Origin: Amoebidium appalachense
Lineage: Eukaryota; Protista; Ichthyosporea
Length of the DNA stretch: 64,000 nt
Reading direction: 5' to 3'
Assembly (NCBI GenBank): GCA_963693365.1
Contig: CAVNZM010000010.1
Location: 1,984,001 to 2,048,000, forward strand
Below, one piece after another: positions 1 through 42,451 of the stretch (its first letter is position 1; every line of letters begins with the position of its first letter). The position numbers were made by a program, and so were the translations under genes. The notes beneath the pieces were generated by a model. That model did no database searches and had not been told where the DNA came from. It saw only the letters and a list, made by a program, of their open reading frames with translations.

Positions 1-901
1 ACATTCAAGTGGAAGCCGCAGCATAACATCGTGACGGCATCATCCGACCCCTGATTGGCTCAACTTGGCGATAACAGCCAATCAGGTGACACATTCGCAC
101 ATACCAGCCGCCGTCGCCGTCTGTGCTACAGTCTACCTGACCATTTCATGAAGCTTGATGAGCTACCTCTACAGAGAAAAGGAGATAGAAAGGGAAGGTT
201 TGGCAGATATAAAAAAAAATATTAGACCTATGTGTGGCTTTGGGATTCCGAGAAATTTATGGGCACTGTCTAAGCGTATCATTGTCATGGTACTTTCAGC
301 CGTGCTGCGGGCATTGCGTCGCGCAACGTTTACTCACAATGAGTCTCACATCAGCTGTAACATTCCAAAGGTTTATCGTTGTGACGACGTTGTCTGCGCT
401 CCGTGATGTTTTGCGGTTAAAACTTTTTTAGCATTTAAAGTCTCGTATTACTCGTGCATTAGAATTATAGATCCTTGTAGATAACAAAGAAAGTATTTAG
501 ATTTATCAGTGAAGTGCCGCATTCTTTTATGCACACTATAACATGGCCGCCCCGCGCGGCCCGTGCCGCTTGTAAAGACTTCCCTTTCAGTTGGATACCC
601 GTCGCACCGTGTGTGGTCACGGAAACTCTTATTAGACTGATGTAGACAGCTTTGTTCTATTCAATTAAGTTCATAAAGCGCGCTGGACATTTTTCGTAAA
701 CCAAGAAAGCTACAGGGCGAGAACCCTGCCGTTTCTCAATTCCACGGCATGTTGGCGTAGGTCCGATCTCAGGACGGAAACTACACCGGCTGTGTCCGAC
801 TGAGGATAATCACTTAAAAGCAAAGTGTTTCAATGCGCATATAGCCTTCTGTTTTACAGGTGTGTGTTTGCTTTCAAGCCCCTGTAGCGGAGAAGAGGGG
901 G

Positions 902-956
<55 letters not shown>

Positions 957-1331
957 GCTGTTGTGTTAGTCGATTCACCCAGTTACTGTGTTTTCGTATT
1001 CAAAGGCTTCTCGTTTTCCCAACATCGTCTTCTCCGTGTGACTATGTGTCTATGGTTAAAATTCTGCCCATGTTGTGGTTGTTTTTGTGTCTTCACTTTT
1101 TTTGTAGCCTGTGAGCATGCGTGCGTGAGTAGCAACACTGCCGTTTTTGCCGGACGGTCGTGCTTGTGCAGTCGGTATCGCATGCCCCAAAACTTGTTAC
1201 GGCCTATTTCCAGCCTTATGCACCCAACTCGGTTTACATCAACCTAAAGCAATCCGTACAACCTACAGGGACAACAGGGCAGAACATCCCTTAGCGTACA
1301 CCTGCTCTCCCACAACGGGAAGCACTGGAAA

Positions 1332-13739
<12,408 letters not shown>

Positions 13740-14677
13740 AGGGTAGTTGTAGGTTTGTTTCGGAAAGGAAAACTGGTTGATAAAGGTGTGTAAGGATGTA
13801 TGCAAAGCAAAACTCGGGTGTTAGGGTACGCCTGAGCTGTTTAATGGTGGTAGCGGCGGGGTGGTATTATAATTGGCACGTAGATTTTTTTAGTTGGCAT
13901 ATAGTTTGTGCATAATCCTGGGATAGGTGTAGTTAGGGAGAATAGGCCCGGGACAATATTTCCTGACAGTTTGTTTTTGGTTGGTTCCTAGTTCCACCAG
14001 TAGTGAGGTTTGTGGTCACCTTAATGGCAGTTGGTTTTCTTTTCACACTTCGCACAACTTTAGCGGTATGATTAACATAGAGGCCCTATTAGTTTGAATT
14101 TATAGCAGACACCATACTATAGTAGTTCTAATTTTTAGAAGAAGATTTCAGAGGCTTGGCCCATATATACAGGTTGCCTGTCTTCTGGTGATTTCTCGAT
14201 GATCATATGCAGGATATATGTGAAATGTTAACCGATGTCTGGAATAGAGAGAGATTCACGCTGTGGACTCGAGGTAGAGACCAACTTCTCTAAACGGTTT
14301 CTTTATTTTTTGCTCGGCATATATCCCATCCCGCCAGGCGTTATTTGTATGTCAATGAAAATGCTCCCCCTTCCATACTTCACTAATAAAAACAAGCGAT
14401 GATCAAGCTAGATTCCCCCTCCGCAAGAATTTCTATTTCTTTCCCCCTTCAGTCTTATTGGCTTCCTCGCAAGAATTTTTATTAGCTTGTGGTAAGTGTT
14501 GGCGGTCCGTGTGGTACTATATATTTTCCTTACAAAGATAAACACTATAGCTACTGAGCAGTGGAGAGCTTTAGGCAGGACGATCTGTTGAGACACCGCA
14601 CACGCGACTTTGCATTTATGGTTTCAATTCTTGATGTGGATTCAATTTTCTCATGTGTACGTGCAAGATTTATTTCC

Positions 14678-14715
<38 letters not shown>

Positions 14716-15930
14716 ACACACACACACCTACCCACCCTTCTCAAGCCACAGCTGTAACCACACACACACTCACACGTGCACACACACACACACATACACA
14801 CACACACACACACAAGCACTTGACACGCGCGCGCGCGCACACACACACACACACGCGCACACACACACACACACACATACCCGCGTGCGCCTGCGCGCCC
14901 ACGCACCGGATGTGCAACCACCAGCACACATGCATGTGCCAGTGCATCAGATACACGGATACCTACGTATATGCCTACATACCAGCCGACACCACCACAC
15001 ACTGCATGCGCATGCAGGCACACACGTACAATATTCCGACTTTAATAATATGTGGTTGTTTTCTAATATGAAGTCCAAAGAATTTAATGTGGTTGTTTTC
15101 TAATAAAGAAAATATAATAATGTACCAAAAATACACGCACAACTTATTCAGTTAACTATTTAACGACTAACGTGCACGGAGTTGAGCAAAAAGAGGCAAC
15201 ACCATATACGGGGGCCAATCATATGGGTATGCGCCATACTGACATCATACCGACGTCATTAGACCTCGCACCACGATATGCCGACTTAAATTTGACTTTA
15301 TAATTGCTTAGCTACAGCTCTAGCATGCAATGTGATTGACGAGGCCATGTCACCGGCCGGGAGCGCGCACAATGAATCATACAGAGCTGACAGCACCTTT
15401 ATTATGATCAAGTATAATCCACACGGCTGCAGGTCTTCGTCCACCTGCAGCTGCGCACCTATCTTCATCTCATCATGAAGCAATCTATTTCTAGTCGTTA
15501 CCATTATTGACTCGTTGGAAACTTCTCTGCCGTCAATCTAAACTTTCAGCTGGGCCTGGCGTCCTTTAACAATCCAACATGGTTGGTTCCACATTAGCAT
15601 CAATGACAAAAAGGGGAAATGGCACCAACACAGGTACCAAGATCTACGTTGTTACAGATTGTCAATTAGTTCTTCATACACACTATAAATATCATCAACA
15701 TACAAGATTTCTGCACGCAGATCACCTGATTCGCTCACGGTACACCGATACTAGTTCACGATGTGGTCGGTCATTATCTTCATGGGTTCTTGAATCCATG
15801 TACAGGATTCCACTCTCACGTTCCAATCATTCCACACACACCACCAATACTCCTCGACCAGTCTTCTTGTCAGGCATCCTGTAGGAGCGCATTCACCAAT
15901 TTAGGAATCCGAAGTTCCAACCGTTATCAA

Positions 15931-15961
<31 letters not shown>

Positions 15962-15973
15962 TTGCAACCCTCT

Positions 15974-17079
15974 TCACATGTACAGCTTTATCTTCCCATT
16001 CTGCTCAATCAACTTGCTCCCCTCGACTGTCCCAGAATGAACTCAAGTAGTGTCGCCCCACCCAGACGCAAACACCGCACACAGCCACGTGTGGGTACGC
16101 ACACAAAGAATATTACGTGACCAAACATACCACACACGTGAATGCACACGTGTGAACACACACAGTGCACACCGTCGCCCTCACTTAGCACATGCACTAT
16201 ACTGCAAGCTCCCCTCAGCACACCCACCAACGTGCACCACACAGGCACACGGAAAGCCCCGCAAGCCCGGCGCAACCACAGCCAACCATCACTCCCCCCC
16301 TCCCCCCCCCTCCCCCCACAAAAAAAACAAACAAAAAAAACCACCAGTACCACCACCGTTACCCAAATAATATCCGGATATAGACAACACACATTTCCGG
16401 CACCTAATCCCCCCCCCATTCTCCCCCCCCCCCCCCCCCCCCCCCCCACCCCTCACGTGCCCTCCAACCTATCTTTCCTCTCTACCTCTTGCCCGAACTC
16501 AACCCCCCCTCTCTCCCCTCCCGAGTGGGGACCAGCTGCCTTCCTGTATCTCATTATCATTAGACAACCTTCCCCCTCTTTCCCCAATGTCCCTTACCCC
16601 TTACCACAAACACCCATCAGCCTAGCCACACCCACCTGGCCACCCGTCCACCCTCCCGGGCCCATTGGGTAAGTGCCCCCCCCGGGGGAGGACCCCCCCC
16701 CCAACACACACACACACACCCTCCCTCCCCTTCCTCCCGGCCCTCCTTCTCCCCCTCCCCCCCTCCTCCCACCTTCCCCTCCCCCCCCCCCTCCCCCCCC
16801 CCTCCCCCCCGTTCCCCCCGTTCCCCCCTCATCCCTACCCATCCACCCACCCACTTACATAAGTGGTCTAGCCAGCTGCTTTCCTGGCGCCTTCAGAACC
16901 TGCTCAAGACCTAACTCGATGGAGCCAATTAAATCCTGTGCCTCTTTACCTGCAAACAGCAACCAGGAATAGCGGATTATATTAGAATGGCTGCTCATAG
17001 TGGTGCAACACCCATCGTGAAAGGCAGGGCAGAGTGTAGGCTGGTGTGTGTGTGTGTGTGTGTGTGTGGCCAGGAAGCG

Positions 17080-17110
<31 letters not shown>

Positions 17111-17288
17111 AGGGGGGGAAGGGTGAAGGAGGGAAGCAATGGATGCCAGATGCGCTGAAGAGCAGATCGACACGGCCGGGATGAAGGATGGGCAGGAGAA
17201 GGGGGGAATGGGCGGAATTGCAGCGCGCGTGTGTGTTGGTGTGAATGTGAGTCCGAGTGTGCGAGTTTGTGTGTGTTGGTTGAGTGAA

Positions 17289-17320
<32 letters not shown>

Positions 17321-18002
17321 GATGAGGAAGGGGAGTGAGCGGGGAGGGGTGGGGTGGGGTGGGGGTGGTTTTTTTCTTTTTCTTTCTTTCTTTCTTTTTT
17401 TTTTGGAGGGGGGGGGAGGGGGGGGGGAGGGAGGGAGCAGAACATCATTTAGAGAAGCGCCTCCCTCCCATCCATTCCCCCTGAGGCCCCCTCCCGACCC
17501 GGAAACGCATACCCATCACACACACATCAAAAATAACCAAAAAAAAAAAGAGGGGGGGGGGGGAGGGGGGGGTGGCAGGGGGAGACAACGGAACAAAACA
17601 AAACAGCACACACCTTTTCCCTCCTCATCGATATCATAGACCTCAAACACTAGAACCACGCTGCTTGGCTCCTCCCCCTCAGCTACAGCAACGGTGATGG
17701 TTGTCTGCCACTCGGGGGAGGCCTGGTTCCTGTGACAAATGAACTTGTGAATTGGGGGGTTTGTGTGTTTATATGCCGCACTAGGAAATATATCAGGACT
17801 GGTGGCTGTGCTGTAAGGAAACAATCAAAGATTTATGTTTCAACGATATGTCTGTGTTTTTATCTTGTGGATACAAGTCACATCGGTTGAGTTGGTGTTT
17901 CGACGGGTGGGATCATGACTGTTTGGGCTGGGTAAGAGGTTGTATGGACTAAGCATGGCAGTATCAGGCCAGGCCCTGATAATGAGTAGATGGGGGGGGG
18001 GT

Positions 18003-18033
<31 letters not shown>

Positions 18034-18764
18034 TGATTGGGAGATGGGGACCAAAGGGAGGGAAAGGGAGAGGGGGGGGAGGGGGAGAGAGAGAGAGAGA
18101 TAGAAAAAGAGAGAGATGAAGAGAGAGAGGAAGAGAGGGAGAGAGAAGGCCGAGGCGGGGGAGGAGGCGGAGTGGGGGGGGGGGATGGCAGGGATTGTGG
18201 GTGGTGGTGGACGAAAAAGAGAGTAAGAGAGGGGACGGGAAAATGAGGCATGTGTGTGGGCGAGCAGGTCCACACACGTGTTTTGTGCATGCATCTTGAT
18301 GGGTGTACTTGTGAGTTGGGGACGGCCGGAGGGGGGAGGGCGGGGGGGGGGGGGGGGGGAGGGGGGAGGGGGGGGGGGGGCGGGGGCGGTGGCGGGCGGG
18401 CGCGGGGAGGGGGGGGGGGGGGGGGGGCAGACAGAGAGGGAGAGGGAAAGGGAGAGTGAGGGACTCACTCTATGGTCTCCGTCTGGCCCAACTCCACCAA
18501 CTCCCCACTTGCGCTTTTGCGGAATACCCATGCTCTTGGGTCAGACTTGCTGAAGGTGTCCAGGTCGGGAAAGTTCCTGCATGAAAACGTTTAAGTACTG
18601 CACTGCGACAGGAAGGCCACGGGAGTTGTGTGTGTGTCTGTGTTGGCCCTTGAAATGCAACAACGCGCGAGCCTTAAATCAAACATGTAGCCAGGAATAG
18701 ATTGGTGAGTCAAATGCGACTTGATGTTACGCGCGCCTGACTCGAAGTCCTTAGATGGTAGCAA

Positions 18765-18838
<74 letters not shown>

Positions 18839-19275
18839 AGACACAGACACATACACACACACACAAACACGCACACACACACACACACACACAGACACGC
18901 ACACCCACACACACCCCCTCAAAGGCACGAACACGCTCCTACACGCTCCTACGACTAGGTGAGCGAGAACAACACATGCACAACCGCACGAGCGCATGCA
19001 AACACGTGGTCAAACACACAGGTGCACGCGCATCTTCGGGCCAATGTCTAGATTTTCTCCGTTTCATTGTCTTAGTGGGAAAATAAGCAGCTTTCTCGTG
19101 TGCAACAAACCAAAACTAAAAATCCTTGTTCAACCTCAAGATAGAGCAAGCGAAAGAAGTTTCCCCTGACCAGAGTGACGTTCCTGCCGCGTGGTTAAGA
19201 AGTTCAAAGTTCAGGAAGAAGAGGGTTTATGGCTGCTTACTTTCCCTTGAGTCTCAGTTTGTACGTGGCAGCCAT
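15974..19275 (-). CDS. Small stand-alone C2-domain protein (copine C2A-like), multi-exon
   Basis: Exons 19275-19241 ([12 protein letters not shown]), 18576-18469 ([28 protein letters not shown]), 17729-17614 ([19 protein letters not shown]), 16949-16859 ([28 protein letters not shown]). Probable last exon ~16026-15974 ([16 protein letters not shown]), possibly reached via an 11-nt micro-exon near 16532-16542. The 3' end is less certain. Confidence 0.8.
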
Positions 19276-21097
19276 TTCGAATTCTCAAATACAAGCAGCA
19301 AAATTGAAGTACTTTGGAATTGTCCAGCCCAGATCTTAGCTAATTAGCTATACTGTTCCTGACCTGGGACAAAGAAAACAAACACCTCTGGAGTGAGGTT
19401 ACTGTGTCCACTTCACGATGGTTTTTGCATATGCAGACAGTCCAGGAGAGACTATGCGCTAACATCACACTAAAACGGCAACGTACTAAACAATCTGCTT
19501 CACACATCACTGTGACGCGCGCAGAGTGTAATATGATACCCAATAGACTAGTTTGTATTTTTGTTTATCTTTTACCCGCCTCACCCCACCTCGAATAGGA
19601 CACGAGAAGCCGATTGGGCCCAACAGCATCAAAACCTCGGGAATCGAATCGTTCCAGAGCCTGGACTCACAACGAACAGGCCATCCTAGCAAAGCTCACT
19701 TTGACAGAAAGAAGACGAAAGGCGCGAGCGGGGAAGAGAGAGTGACACACCTTCGAGCTACTCCAGGAAGTGAGGGTGGAAGGGATAGATTCAAATATCG
19801 ATCCAAAAAGGGTGGGTGGGTGTTGGAGGGGGGGGAGGGGGGGGGGGGGGGGGGGGGGGGAGGAGGGGGGGGGGGGGGGGGGGGGACGTCGTCGTAAAGC
19901 TTATCATCTGAGAGGGGTTGAAGACGGAGGGATGGACGGGGCGAAGCAGAAATGGTGGCAGGGAGGGAGGCAGCTGCAAGAGGGAATGAAGGGAAGGAAG
20001 ACCCCCGACCGGTCCCCCCCCCCCCCACCCACCATCCCCTCCGGATCCCCCAACTCCCGAAGAGGCTCGAGCTCTTTCTCCTAGATTAGGCTAACTTTCT
20101 ACACAGGTGCCGTTTTTCCTCACTCCACGGCCGAGACTATTATTAATTGGCTCTCTCTCTCAAGCTGCTTGTCTTAGAGCAGTCGACGATATGCGCACGC
20201 TTGCTACAAGTTGCGACGTCTACGGACGCATGTGCACGCATGCACACACACATGCACACCATTATTAATATTATGTGCACCAAGTCTCACAATGCACGTA
20301 CGAGAATTCGATCCTCGACAACAAAACAGTTTTATTTACAAACCATGACAATGATACGTACACTTAGCAGATGTACACGCACGGACCCACCCAAAGCTCT
20401 CACAATCTCCGAAGCACGTTTCCCTTAAACTTGGTTCGCACACCAGTTCCAGCACACCGTAACCCACTAAACATACGCCTAATAGGTCTACTCACGCATG
20501 CACACACACTTGCGTGCAACCGCCACACAAATGCGCCTGTACCCGTAAATTCACGGGCGCACCAACACACTGGCACACACAAGTGATGCACATCCACACA
20601 CATTAGCGCTAGCCTCCCATAGTGATGACCGCAGCCCCAGAGCCGAAAGCCAACATAATAAACGTCACGAAAAGAGCAGAAGTTCATGGTAAACCTAATC
20701 TACGGACAATGTAATACTATATACAGCTATGACAATGTGCGCTGGACACGGCACGCTGGGCACGGCACGCTGGACACGGCACGGCAAGGGCGCCGCTTTC
20801 TTCCCCTCTGCCTGAGCCTGTTGAGCTCGCTCCAGCTGTCCGGATCATCGACGCGTCCGAAGAATCATGGCATGGCATCCCAAGTTCTATACTCAAGTGA
20901 TATAGTCAACCACCAATCAAAATGAGAAAACGTTAAGTTTAACCGTAAACCAATATGTGAACATGACAAAAGAGATTTAAAAACTTTTCAGAAAACTCCC
21001 TCTCGGCAATTTATGCTTAAAGTTTCAAGTTGACCTGTAAAATGTGTTCGTTAGCTGAGATCTCATCTTAGGGTTTGCCTTTCAAAGGGCCTACCGC

Positions 21098-21331
21098 CAG
21101 GGCCAGAAATTACAGTGCCACTTGGACCGTAAAAACGCCACCTGAAACCAGAAAAAAGCCACTTGAAGTGGAGCGCCAGGTCCACTGAACTCAGGGTTAG
21201 TGGACCTAAACACTATAAAATATATGTGTAACCCAGTGGAGTGGAAGTGGAATACAGGCAAAGTTGCCAAAATACATATGCGCCACCTTTCAAACAAGCC
21301 ACCGTACTCCCAAATCATATTTCAAGCCCTG
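21098..21331. mobile_element. hAT-like MITE
   Basis: Ends cagggccagaaat / atttcaagccctg (imperfect TIR); 8-bp flanks cctaccgc / tctaccgt resemble a decayed TSD. Confidence 0.65.
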
Positions 21332-21398
21332 TCTACCGTTAACGGTTTGCCGCTGATTGAGCCGGAGCCGGAGCGGCGGACTCATATCATGCAGGCGG

Positions 21399-22228
21399 CA
21401 CATCCTACCCCGTTTTTGGGGATATTTTTATCTCGCGAATAATGAAATCGCTTGCATCCAACCCGATCGCACTCCGATCGAAGCGCCCCGCCCCTTGCGC
21501 CAGCCCCATATTCGTGCGACCCGGCATCGGAATCGGCTACGGTGCGGCTGGGCGAGGCTACTTTTGCCAGACCCGGCCCGATTACGGAAAGAGTAGATTG
21601 TATACATAAGCTCTCCCGATACTGTAAAGCTTATTCCTGCATGTGCATGTATACTGCAAAAGCGACACAAATATGCATCTGCAAGCTCGACAAGGCTTTA
21701 TTTTTGCTTTTACCAGATTATGACAACTGCTTCCTTGAAGCCTCGAGCTCGCCCAGGTGCATACACGCCTCGTCGTGGTCGTTATCCGCCGAAATATCAA
21801 TCCTAGAAGCGGGGGTTGACTTTATAATGCGTTTTTTATTTGCTGTAGCGTGATTAGACGACACATTGCATATGACTTCTGCGCATGCAAGAAGCCGGAG
21901 TTGCGATACGCATACATACAGGGATTTGTTATCCTCCGGCTGTAAATAACACTTCTGTCTATGCTCCATCAAGATCAATGCTTGCAATTAGCCGACAAAA
22001 TATCCGCATGATTCAGCGAAAGCCGGTAAAAAAGAAGACTTGGGTATGGCAAAATGTAGCCTACCCGCACCGTAGCCAAATCCGATGCCAAGTCACACGA
22101 ATATGGGGCTGGTGCAAGGGTCGGGGCGCTTCGATCGGAGTGCGATCGGCTTGGATGCAAGCGATTGCATTATTCTCGAGATAAAACAAATCACCCAAAA
22201 CAGGGGGGTAGGGTAGGGGTAGGATGTG
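21399..22228. mobile_element. Non-autonomous DNA element (MITE) with ~170-bp imperfect terminal inverted repeats
   Basis: 21399-~21570 is the reverse complement of ~22047-22228 (e.g. atcgcttgcatccaacccgatcgcactccgatcgaagcgcccc vs ggggcgcttcgatcggagtgcgatcggcttggatgcaagcgat); no transposase; no clear TSD. Confidence 0.8.
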
Positions 22229-22421
22229 TGTGCGGCGGCGGTGAAACGTGAGGCTCCAAAACGCTCAGTAGTTGAAACAAGTCAGAGAAAAAGGAGGATA
22301 TTGTGCTGTGCTCGTTTCATACTTCTAGATTCGCTGTTGGTGTGTGAACAATAGTTATCTGACTGGCATCAACCCACTCCAACGATTGAAGTCTACGTTT
22401 TTTTTTGACGAAAAAAAGAAA

Positions 22422-38900
<16,479 letters not shown>

Positions 38901-39907
38901 AAGAGATAGGTAGATGATACCATTAACTATCGTGGGTACCAAAAGTGATTGTGCTGTATTTATTGACCACATTCAATAGCTGCTAATTTTGAATGAATTC
39001 CACCAGATCCGATCAGTCAAGGAAGAAAGTGATCCAGAATGAATGGGCTTCCGAATTTTCTAAATTTGTAAGCATAATGCTTTGCTTTCTCGGGAAAAAA
39101 ACTCTCTATATCCCGCCCTCCCTCCCACCCACCCACCCACCCACCCACCCACCCTCCTTCCCTCCTTCCCTCGCTCCCCCTTTATCCCTCCCTCCCTCCC
39201 TCCTTCCCTCACTCCCCACTCCTTCTCACACACGCGCGCTCTCTCGCTCTTCCTCTCTCAGGTTCTCCCTCTGGGGGTTTATGCTCTTTGTATTGCTGCG
39301 GACATCGTCAGGGGCCCAGCCTCACTTGACGGCCTACTGCGTTTTCCAGCGCAGCCAATCAAATGCAGCTAGTGACTTATGTACTGTACCACTGTATGCA
39401 ATAAAACAACCCTAGCTAGTATAGATTATGGATAAGCAGAAGCTAGCAATGGTAGCTCCGAGAGAAAGTTAAGACACCGTATCACAATATCATACTGTGC
39501 AGCATTAATAAGGTGATCTAGCACGGTCATTTTATAACGGATATACTTCCAGGGTGAGAGAAGAAGAAAAGAGAATAAAGCCGCCCATTACCTCCGGTTC
39601 TACCACATTAGCTAACAGGTCACACTTATTGATAGATATGCATGCACGAGTAAAACGCCCCCCACACATATTACACATACGAGCAACCCTACGAGCAAAT
39701 CAACCCTTAACCCAATGAAATCCATTTTCAACTTAGGTTGCTTCTGTCGGTTTTATTGCTCTCTTGTGGCTCACAACAATCTGGTCCCCGGGACCCCCAC
39801 TACTACATCAATACATACGGTTACACATGCCTATGGTCGCAGATCGATCAACTTGTATGGACTAAGTCTGGGCTGTATACACACGTATCCACACTGGCCA
39901 CGTGCCT

Positions 39908-39953
<46 letters not shown>

Positions 39954-40041
39954 ACCCCAAAACACCTACCCTTGCCCCTAAGAGGTACACTAACCCAAGA
40001 GGCTAGACGGGGGACTAAAAAACGCGGGCGGGAGGGTGGGT

Positions 40042-40216
40042 TAGAGAGAGCAGCGACGGGGGACAAAAAGTGACTCAGAGGGTGATTTAACCTGGCACCC
40101 GCTTTTTATAGTACCCTAAAAAGCTGCTACTGTGCCTATTGGGTGATCACTTCGATCTCCCAATATGACACTACTAAGCTTGTTTAGAAAATCTGGATTT
40201 CCCAAATCAACGATTT
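40042..40216. repeat. Direct repeat A2 of the YR element
   Basis: Highly similar to 42452-42615 with small indels. Confidence 0.95.
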
Positions 40217-40280
40217 TCAACTTAGGTTGCTAGCTATGTCCATAATTCAGCCAACTACAAGCTTATATAACCCAACATTG

Positions 40281-41503
40281 CTAAGCCAACTCACCTGCGG
40301 ACCCGGGCGGCCGGGCACCCTGCAACATTCCGAAGTAGAGCCAGTCGTCGGCCGTAGGGAGGCTGTGGCCGAAGCCGTAGTGGGACACGGGGGTGCGGCT
40401 GCCAAGCTGCCACACACCCAGCCACGACACAAACGCCTCGTCCACAAGCAGGGCACCAACAGGCGCCCACCTGGCCATGGCGCAGGCAGTGCCACGTGAC
40501 GCCTGCAGCCTCGGTGGCGAGCGCCCCGACATTACGCAACTCGGCGCCCAGCCAATCGTTTCCCACTTTGGGTGACGCTTTGGGCACGAGCAGCGCAGTA
40601 CGGGAGGGTAGAGCTGCCAGCATGTGGTGGAACGCCGACGCACACACGATGCCGTACGGGGGGACGGAGAACTTTCCCCCCTAGCCTGCCAGTGCCTGCT
40701 TGATAGCCTGAAAGGAGAGGGTGACGCGGGCAAGACCGTCCCTCGGCACTGACCGGGCCGACGACAACATCTTCGTCGCGGAGCGTAGACACTGAACCCC
40801 ACCGAAGGCCAAATAGGTAGCTGGCAGCCACGGCCCCCAACCACCGGGCACCGTCGCCTGACGTGTGCCCCCGCTGCAACCAGCCGGTGAACCAGGGGGC
40901 GTCGAAACGCGACAACTCCGCTGGCGGGGGCCGAACTTTGAGCACGGCGGACGAATAGGACTTCTTGACCATGGCGATGGTGGAGGCGTCGACATATGGC
41001 AGACGCCAGAGCTCATGCACATTGCGCAGGGCGGAAAACTTGCTGTCCAGACTTGGAGGTTCGTACCCTTGTTTGAACAGGTCGGCAGCATAGGCCATAG
41101 ACGATGTCGGCCACGGCTGCAGACGGTTGGCGGCACAAAATTGAACGTGACACTGTCGATACACATCTGACTGATAGACTCTCCAGGTCTTGTCGCTAAG
41201 AAAACCCTCCAGCAACAAACTGGCCTCGGCCCGAACCCCTTCCGGCATAGAGGCCACCACAGCTGCCTTCCACTCCTGGAAGTTTCCCAGGGCAGGGGCC
41301 TGCAACGGGCCCACCGGCACCGGTGTTGGCGCCGGGGCAGCCAGCCTGGCCGGGGGCGGAGGAGGGAGGGTAGCGGCTGCGGGGGCCGGCTGTGGCGGTT
41401 CAGGCGCGGGGTCTGGCTGGTTGTTGACTAGGCCTGGCTGCGGCGCCGGGACTGGCCGTTGGGCCGGCACGGGCGGATAGAAATTTATAAACGCATGCAA
41501 CAT
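40281..41503 (-). pseudogene. Tyrosine recombinase, frameshifted
   Basis: N-terminal LSDKTWRVYQS..FCAAN segment, FGLRWGSV (catalytic R), and in downstream frames TWHCLRHG (HxxR) and LGVWQLGSRTPVSHY (W..catalytic Y); needs at least 2-3 frame changes. Confidence 0.85.
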
Positions 41504-41603
41504 GATTTAATATTTTCCCCACACTAATGTACAGTAATATACAAGGGGCGACGAGCGCACTGCCCGCCGCAAGTGCCCTGGCCCACTGGCCGGGCGTGCG
41601 GCA

Positions 41604-42354
41604 CTACTGCCGCGAGGCACCGCCGGTCGTCATGCCGGCGGCGCCCCCGCTGGGGGGAGGCCCACGGCCCCCTACCCCTTTTCCGTCCATGCCCCCACGT
41701 GAGGCACCACCATCGCTGCCACCGGCTCCCTTGGCACGCTGCACCAGGTTGAGCTCGGCCTCTTTCTTTCTTGCCTCCGCAAGGGCCCTGGACCATCTTG
41801 ACGAGAGCTGGGGGTAATAGTCGCGCTCCATATTGGCCCGCACGACCTGGGCAAACGCAGTACCACCCTCAGTAGCCCTGATGTGCCGGTAAGTCACACG
41901 GTCGCCTACCAGGTTGAGGATGTCGCCCACCATGCTCCATGTCAGGTCGAGCCGCCGCCGCAGGTGAGATAGCTTCGTCTTCGTCGGGCAGCCGCGGCAT
42001 AGCAGCCACGGCGTTGTAGAGATGCAGGAGGGCGTTGCCCAAGCCCCCAGCAAACTCCACTTCTTCACGGACCGCCTGGCTGAGTTCACTGCGCTCAAAC
42101 CCTAGGTGCTCAACAGGAATCGGACCAGGCCCGTTGCTGAGGGAGTCCTCCACCACGAACCGGGCAAAGCCGCCGAAGGCAGGGTGCATGGTTACCAAAG
42201 CTTGGCGTTGCACCGGCACCAACGGCAGTTCAGAGAAGCCCCAGTTGCGCCCAAGTCGCTCACGGCGGGCCTCGTTACTCTCGACAGCATCGCCAGAAAT
42301 GAGGCGGCGGAGCTCCGCAAGATAAGCTGAGTAGTTGGCGTCCATTCTAGTCAC
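41604..42354 (-). pseudogene. Gag-like ORF1 of the YR element, one frameshift near 41975
   Basis: Two overlapping ORFs (41869-42354, 41604-42098) join to ~250 aa, helical with a basic/Gly-rich tail, in the gag position. The gag assignment is positional only. Confidence 0.55.
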
Positions 42355-42451
42355 TACTAGAGTGGCGGGAGCAACGACGTGCAGGACGGAAAGTTATAAG
42401 TATACAGGCGCACTGCCACAAGATTGCTACCTAATCACCAACCGTCACTGC

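Noticed and set aside
1-840. Complex non-repetitive region with short ORFs
   Set aside because: Could be promoter, 5' UTR or a transposon remnant; no supportable feature.
15298-15884. Short ORFs between the aquaporin and C2 genes
   Set aside because: No recognisable motif or convincing splice context.
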